DNA from: Octopus vulgaris
Lineage: Eukaryota
Length of the DNA: 64,000 nucleotides
Direction of reading: 5' to 3'
NCBI GenBank assembly: GCA_951406725.2
Contig: OX597823.1
Location: 109,740,001 to 109,804,000 of the forward strand
Part shown: positions 58,620-64,000 of the stretch, piece by piece
Position numbering within the stretch: the first letter of the stretch is position 1
Layout: each line of letters begins with the position of its first letter
Translations under genes and position numbers: made by a program
Notes under the pieces: model-generated
The model's input: the letters and a program-made list of their open reading frames with translations, nothing else
What the model was told of the DNA's origin: nothing
Database searches by the model: none

Positions 58620-59300
58620 TTTGTCTACTGGGAAAGGTCTGTCTCTTCCTTTGACGGGGTACTCTCCCATTCTAGTCCAAAGCCCGCCAAGTCGACAGCA
58701 TTTCTGAACATTTTCTCCACTCTCAACCTCATCTCCTCAAGATTCGTTTTTCGGTGCTCAACCTTAACCCTCTACCCAATGATAGAGCTGTCGTCTTTCT
58801 TCCGACTAAACCACACTTCACCTCAATCTGTACTTTTCCTCACTCAAGCGTACCCGTAGTTTACGCGACTTATTGGTCCATGCTTCTCCTCTCTCCCACC
58901 TTTCCAGGATCCTCTTCTTCTCACCAGCCCCGTTGTCACACCTGTCCCTTTCTCACAAACAATATCTCTCACTCGGGATACAACCACTGCAACGCAGATA
59001 TTTCTGATTCCTTTATATTGAATTCTACTTTCTTAAAAAAAAATCCCTCTGTGGCGCCTTGTCGATCCTTCAAACCGGCCGCCAAATAATGGATCGTTTC
59101 AGGCAGCATCTATATCCGAAACTTTCCCTCTCTTCCCCAATACTTCAGATTCTTAGACCTCCCAGTTCATAGTTACTCAGTGAATCCACAGACTCCAAGC
59201 TTTCTAGAGGGGAGCGTTTTAATTTTTCTCGCCAACCTCTCCACTTTAGAAGTCAGTTCGCCTCCACCCAACTTTCCTAACACCTCCTTCAATATCCATG
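58620..59300 (+). mobile_element. Penelope-like element fossil (linker and GIY-YIG endonuclease region)
   Basis: PGSSSSHQPRCHTCPFLT......G......ISDSF..NST resembles the PG.FPC..PRC.TCP...DSFTC.S motif of PLEs; later R.L.D.F and LIF fragments; decayed hammerhead GGATGA-aggac..tca-GAAAC at ~60097-60125. Confidence 0.65.
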
Positions 59301-59521
59301 TACTCATGCATATACCCCACCCGTTCACCAACTATCACACTTGTCACACGTGCTATAGAGGAATGTATCCACGTAAAAACTCTAGTCCTTGCCTACGTGT
59401 GCACTTCCTCCACACTCTTATGCTAAATTCTCACAAGTTTTTACAGGCATACACACGCATATCTATGTCTCTATTACAGCTACAGACCAACGTCATTCAG
59501 CTTTCGATGCAACACTTTCAG

Positions 59522-59566
<45 letters not shown>

Positions 59567-60479
59567 TATTCACATGTCTGTGACAACACAGAAATACATG
59601 AAGAAGTATACTAACATACGCGGTCGCAGTATCACGAGCATTTATAAAACACATTGTTACCCCAACACACTCTCACACACACTCACACAGATATACACAC
59701 ACTTCGTACCCATTCGCCAACAATCCAGGTTTTACTAGTCAACGAAGGCACATACAGACTAATTCACAATATGGAACACATTCTCCCTCCCCCCACGCAC
59801 AATAAACTCACATATGCACTATCTCATGCAAAAAAGATATACATTGAATGTACATACGACAGATAAGTTCAAACACATACACACAAGCTGGCGATAACAC
59901 ACGTTCCTGTCCACGTTTTCGCACTTCTATCTTAAACACCCAACTCAGTTCACCATCCAACTTCCGTTCAGTTGACGATCAACATATAAATTAGCTGCAC
60001 GAGGCTTTTCCTACAGAGATTGTTCTACGTATATTCTTTTCTTCTACAACTTCTTCAGTTACTGTTTCTCTTCCCTCTTCCTTTTTTTTCCACAGTCGGA
60101 TGAAGGACAATTTCAGAAACGCTATAGCAATGAATTCGTTGTAAAATTATGCCATCTTGTTTTTTTTTATATTATTTTGCCTTTTGTGATCGTTACAGTG
60201 AGACACAAGCACACAAATACACACACACACAGACACACATTTATAGACGTATACACACACTCACATATAATATATAATCATATCAAAGGGAAATATGAAA
60301 TTAATTAAAGTAGATTGTAAAATGATTTTCATTTCTTAATATATTCCTGTCGAATTTTACCCCTATTTTGTGGTTATAGAACCTAGCTGTTCTTTCTAGG
60401 GTGTAGAATCCCTCTAAGTGGATTCCTTATGTGTTTAAATATACACTATAGCGTATATATATATATATATTTATGTGTT

Positions 60480-60519
<40 letters not shown>

Positions 60520-60858
60520 TTCGTCACATTTACGTTGTCCAACATACACACCAACATATACGACAGGAAGCAAACATACATGTGTGTGTATGTGTATGTG
60601 CGTGTATGTGTATAGCTGTGCATGTGTATGTGTGAGTGTGAGTGTGCGTGCGTGTGCGTATACTTTTATGCGTAGCTTTACTTGTAAGAAACTGAAACAG
60701 AAGACACAAAACACAAGGAATTCTTATTTTGAACTCCAAAAGGAAGGACATACTGGACTGAGTAAGTGTTGAAGGAAGAATAGACCGGATAATGACTACA
60801 GAAATAACCCAGGCACTGACTATTGTGTGACCAAAAACAATAACAAAAAATTACGAAG

Positions 60859-60895
<37 letters not shown>

Positions 60896-60986
60896 TACAT
60901 ACATACGTACGTACGCACACACACATATAGATGGATAGATAGGCAGATGTATATATACAATATTTTTACACACACAAAGTCATATT

Positions 60987-61079
<93 letters not shown>

Positions 61080-63436
61080 GTATACACACAAACATATATT
61101 TGTATTTATACGAATACGTATTTATATATGTATACTGTTAGTATAATGTACTACAAATAAATGTTAATAGACTCATAATGTGATGAGAAAAAAGAAAAAA
61201 AATACACTTCAAATATTTTTATTTCATATTCCTACAAAAGCGTTGCAGCAACAACAACCCCTCCCTATGCCACTATTATATCAATTTAATATGGAACTGA
61301 GCCAGTAACATAGAGTGAGCTTGACTTTCTAATCCTCAGCTGAATTCATTTCATTTTATTTACGCAGTTTGTTCTTTTGGGAAATGAATAAAAATTACAA
61401 CTGTTCTCTTCAGTCGTAATATAGCAATGAATATGTAGGTAAGAAGTTAATTTCACTACAACTTGTGTGCAAGCTGGATCACACTACAAGGCATATTCGG
61501 TTGCAGGGAAGTGTGTGTATGAATTTGTGGAATGGCTTGCCTGATCTTTGCTAGTTGAAGTTATTAATTTTTTTTATATTTTGGACTTTGTATGTCTTTA
61601 GTAAGGTCTAATATTGTGCAAGTATTCGGACGAGGTCTATAGTCTCAAGATAGCTTCTTAATCTCGTCCCACTGTTTTTGTAACCTGATAACGAGTCTGT
61701 GACTCTGATCTTCTGTCTACCCAAGTGCGGTGTTAAGAAACAGTGAAGAATGCTGCAGAGCAGATTGCCTTTCTTTTAACCAAGTTTTGTTCTCAATCGA
61801 CAGTAATTCAATTCCCTTTTATTAAAAACCTTTATCCTTCTATCTATCTACCATTATCAATCTCGTTTTGTACCCAACACTTCTTACAACATTATTTTGC
61901 TAATAGTAGAAAAGATGATTAATAATTTGCAAAATAGCATGACTGTAGCAAATTTTGAATAATTATCATCGTATACATTCGTAATCTCGATGTCTTAATG
62001 AGCCAATCGACATGTAAATAAGTGAACTTATGCTGAATAAACTGCTGCATTATGGAGCAAATACAAATGCAAGAAGAATTTCGTCAAAATTGTACGGCAA
62101 ATGTAAAAGTTTTCATTCTTGTCCAAGCTGAAGTATTTCTCTCAATAATACGGCAAACAATTGCTCAATCATTATTTAAAACTGAATGGCTGTATTCTAT
62201 TTCCAGTGGAATAAACTGCCAATAATATACACCTGCTACCGAACTTCTGTATGAGTAACTATTGTTATTGTAGCTTAACCCCCAAGTTAAACCTCACTAA
62301 AGAAGAATATAAACAAAGGCTGAATGAACATTCGGTTTCTTAATATTAAGATTATACAGCATGATTTAATTGAGATTCGACTGCTATACCTGTTTGTTTG
62401 AAGTCCGACGTCGACCCGTTTCGCAAACCTACATTTGGAAAGCTGACATACTGTAGAATTTCATGCACGTTCAGTATACTGAGATAATCGAGGGCATGCT
62501 AGCGTAGCTATTATAGAAGATATTATACAGAACCAATCAACCTAATGTGTTCCATTCCTTTTCTCACCGTCTTCATTGTTAGTGATGAAAAGGTTGTGAT
62601 TGATGTTGTCTAGGCACTTCGAGCTATGATATGGTATTTTCTTAAATAATATGGCGTGATTTGGAGTAAATGTGGCTGCTATTTCTGTATCCATGCGCTC
62701 ATATTACATTGCACTTCAGTTGTTTTTGTAGACGAAGCTCTTTCTCGACATATATTCTGTCAACGGTCATGTTCTTCCCCATTCAGGGCTCTTTCCTACA
62801 TATTCTAATATTTCTGATGTCTCATCCGTTATTTCTGATAGCGGATAACAAAGATCATGCTGTTAGTCACTCCTAATTATTTCAATCTTCTGCATATAAG
62901 CGTCATCTAGTTGAATCATAGATTTCTTACATCCAACATGCACTAAATTTATAGCAACAGACTTCTGAGGCAACCTTCAAAATCATGGTGAAAAACGACA
63001 ATGCATACACATATCAAGAAGGAAGTAGTGTATCTTAATCCTCACTTAAATATAAATTGCTTACAGATAAAAATGAACGCTCAAGTTCATTTTCGAAGTC
63101 ACGTCTCAGTTTCAATGAAGATATTTTCTAGCCAGAACTGCATCACTTTGACCGATACACACTCTTCGGAGCCTGAACATATTTCGTACTTCAAGAAGTA
63201 AATGACTGTAAGGCTTCAGTGAATATGACATCAAGCACTGATCTCTTATCCCGGACGATTAGGCAGCTACGAACAAAGGCATTCTATACTGCATCCACAG
63301 GCATTCCGTCGCTTACGACGACGAGGGTTCCAGTTGATCCGATCAACGAAACTAACGTTCGAGAGCACCCGAACAAAATAAATATCCTCTTAATTGATTG
63401 ATATTATGTGATTGTCACCATATTTAAATCTTTGTA

Positions 63437-63850
63437 GGCGCAGGAGTGGCTGTGTGGTAAGTAGCTTGCTAACCAACCACATGATTCCGGGTTCAGTCCC
63501 ACTGCGTGACATCTTGGGCAAGTGTCTTCTGCTATAGCCACGGGCCGACCAATGCCTTGTGAGTGGATTTGGTAGACGGAAACTGAAAGAAGCCTGTCGT
63601 ATATATGTATATACATATATGTATGTGTGTGTTTGTGTGTCTGTGTTTGTCCCCCTAGCATTGCTTGACAACCGATGCTGGTGTATTTATGTCCCCGTCA
63701 CTTAGTGGCTCGGCAAAAGAGACCGATAGAATAAGTACTGGGCTTACAAAAAATATGCCCCGGGGTCGATTTGCTCGATTAAAAGGCGGTGCTCCAGCAT
63801 GGCCGCAGTCAAATGACTGAAACAAGTAAAAGAGTAAAAGAGTAAAGAGA
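63437..63850 (+). mobile_element. tRNA-derived SINE (family 1), full length
   Basis: Same structure as 4521-4951; CTTTGTA direct repeat on both flanks. Confidence 0.9.
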
Positions 63851-64000
63851 GAGAGAGATTGCTTTGTACCTAATGTTTATTTTTTATTGAGATTGTCTTC
63901 TTGGAAGTTGATGTTCTAGGTTCTACTTTTACTCAGACACCCGCAACTCACTCCCCGCTTCTCCCCTCATTTCACATATTGTAATCAACTACAGACAACT

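Overview
AT-rich animal genomic DNA that looks intronic or intergenic. The repeat repertoire and the extreme (TA)n/(CA)n/(GATA)n/(TACA)n/(TAA)n load look like an octopus or other coleoid cephalopod; that assignment is an inference. I cannot support any intact host protein-coding gene, and most ORF-track entries are translated microsatellites. Transposons dominate. (1) Restriction-like-endonuclease LINEs of the R4/Dong type: several minus-strand copies stacked in (TAA)n tracts, one nearly intact over its last 1.7 kb (44015-45717), one retaining its 5' end with a possible HDV-like ribozyme relic, and a separate plus-strand family flanked by (TACA)n. (2) Three copies of a non-coding ~550-bp element, always next to those (TAA)n/LINE stacks. 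(3) At least three tRNA-derived SINE families. (4) Penelope-like (PLE) remnants and short fold-back elements carrying minimal hammerhead ribozyme motifs. (5) A Tc1/mariner derivative, a MITE with a 6-bp target-site duplication (TSD), and RTE/CR1/gag-like fossils. The most interesting observation is a short element family (12469-12772 and 38977-39230, both with TSDs) that joins a Pol III tRNA-type head to a hammerhead-containing 3' part with a Penelope-style inverted end, i.e. a candidate PLE-mobilised, ribozyme-bearing SINE. All calls are by eye; no searches were run.
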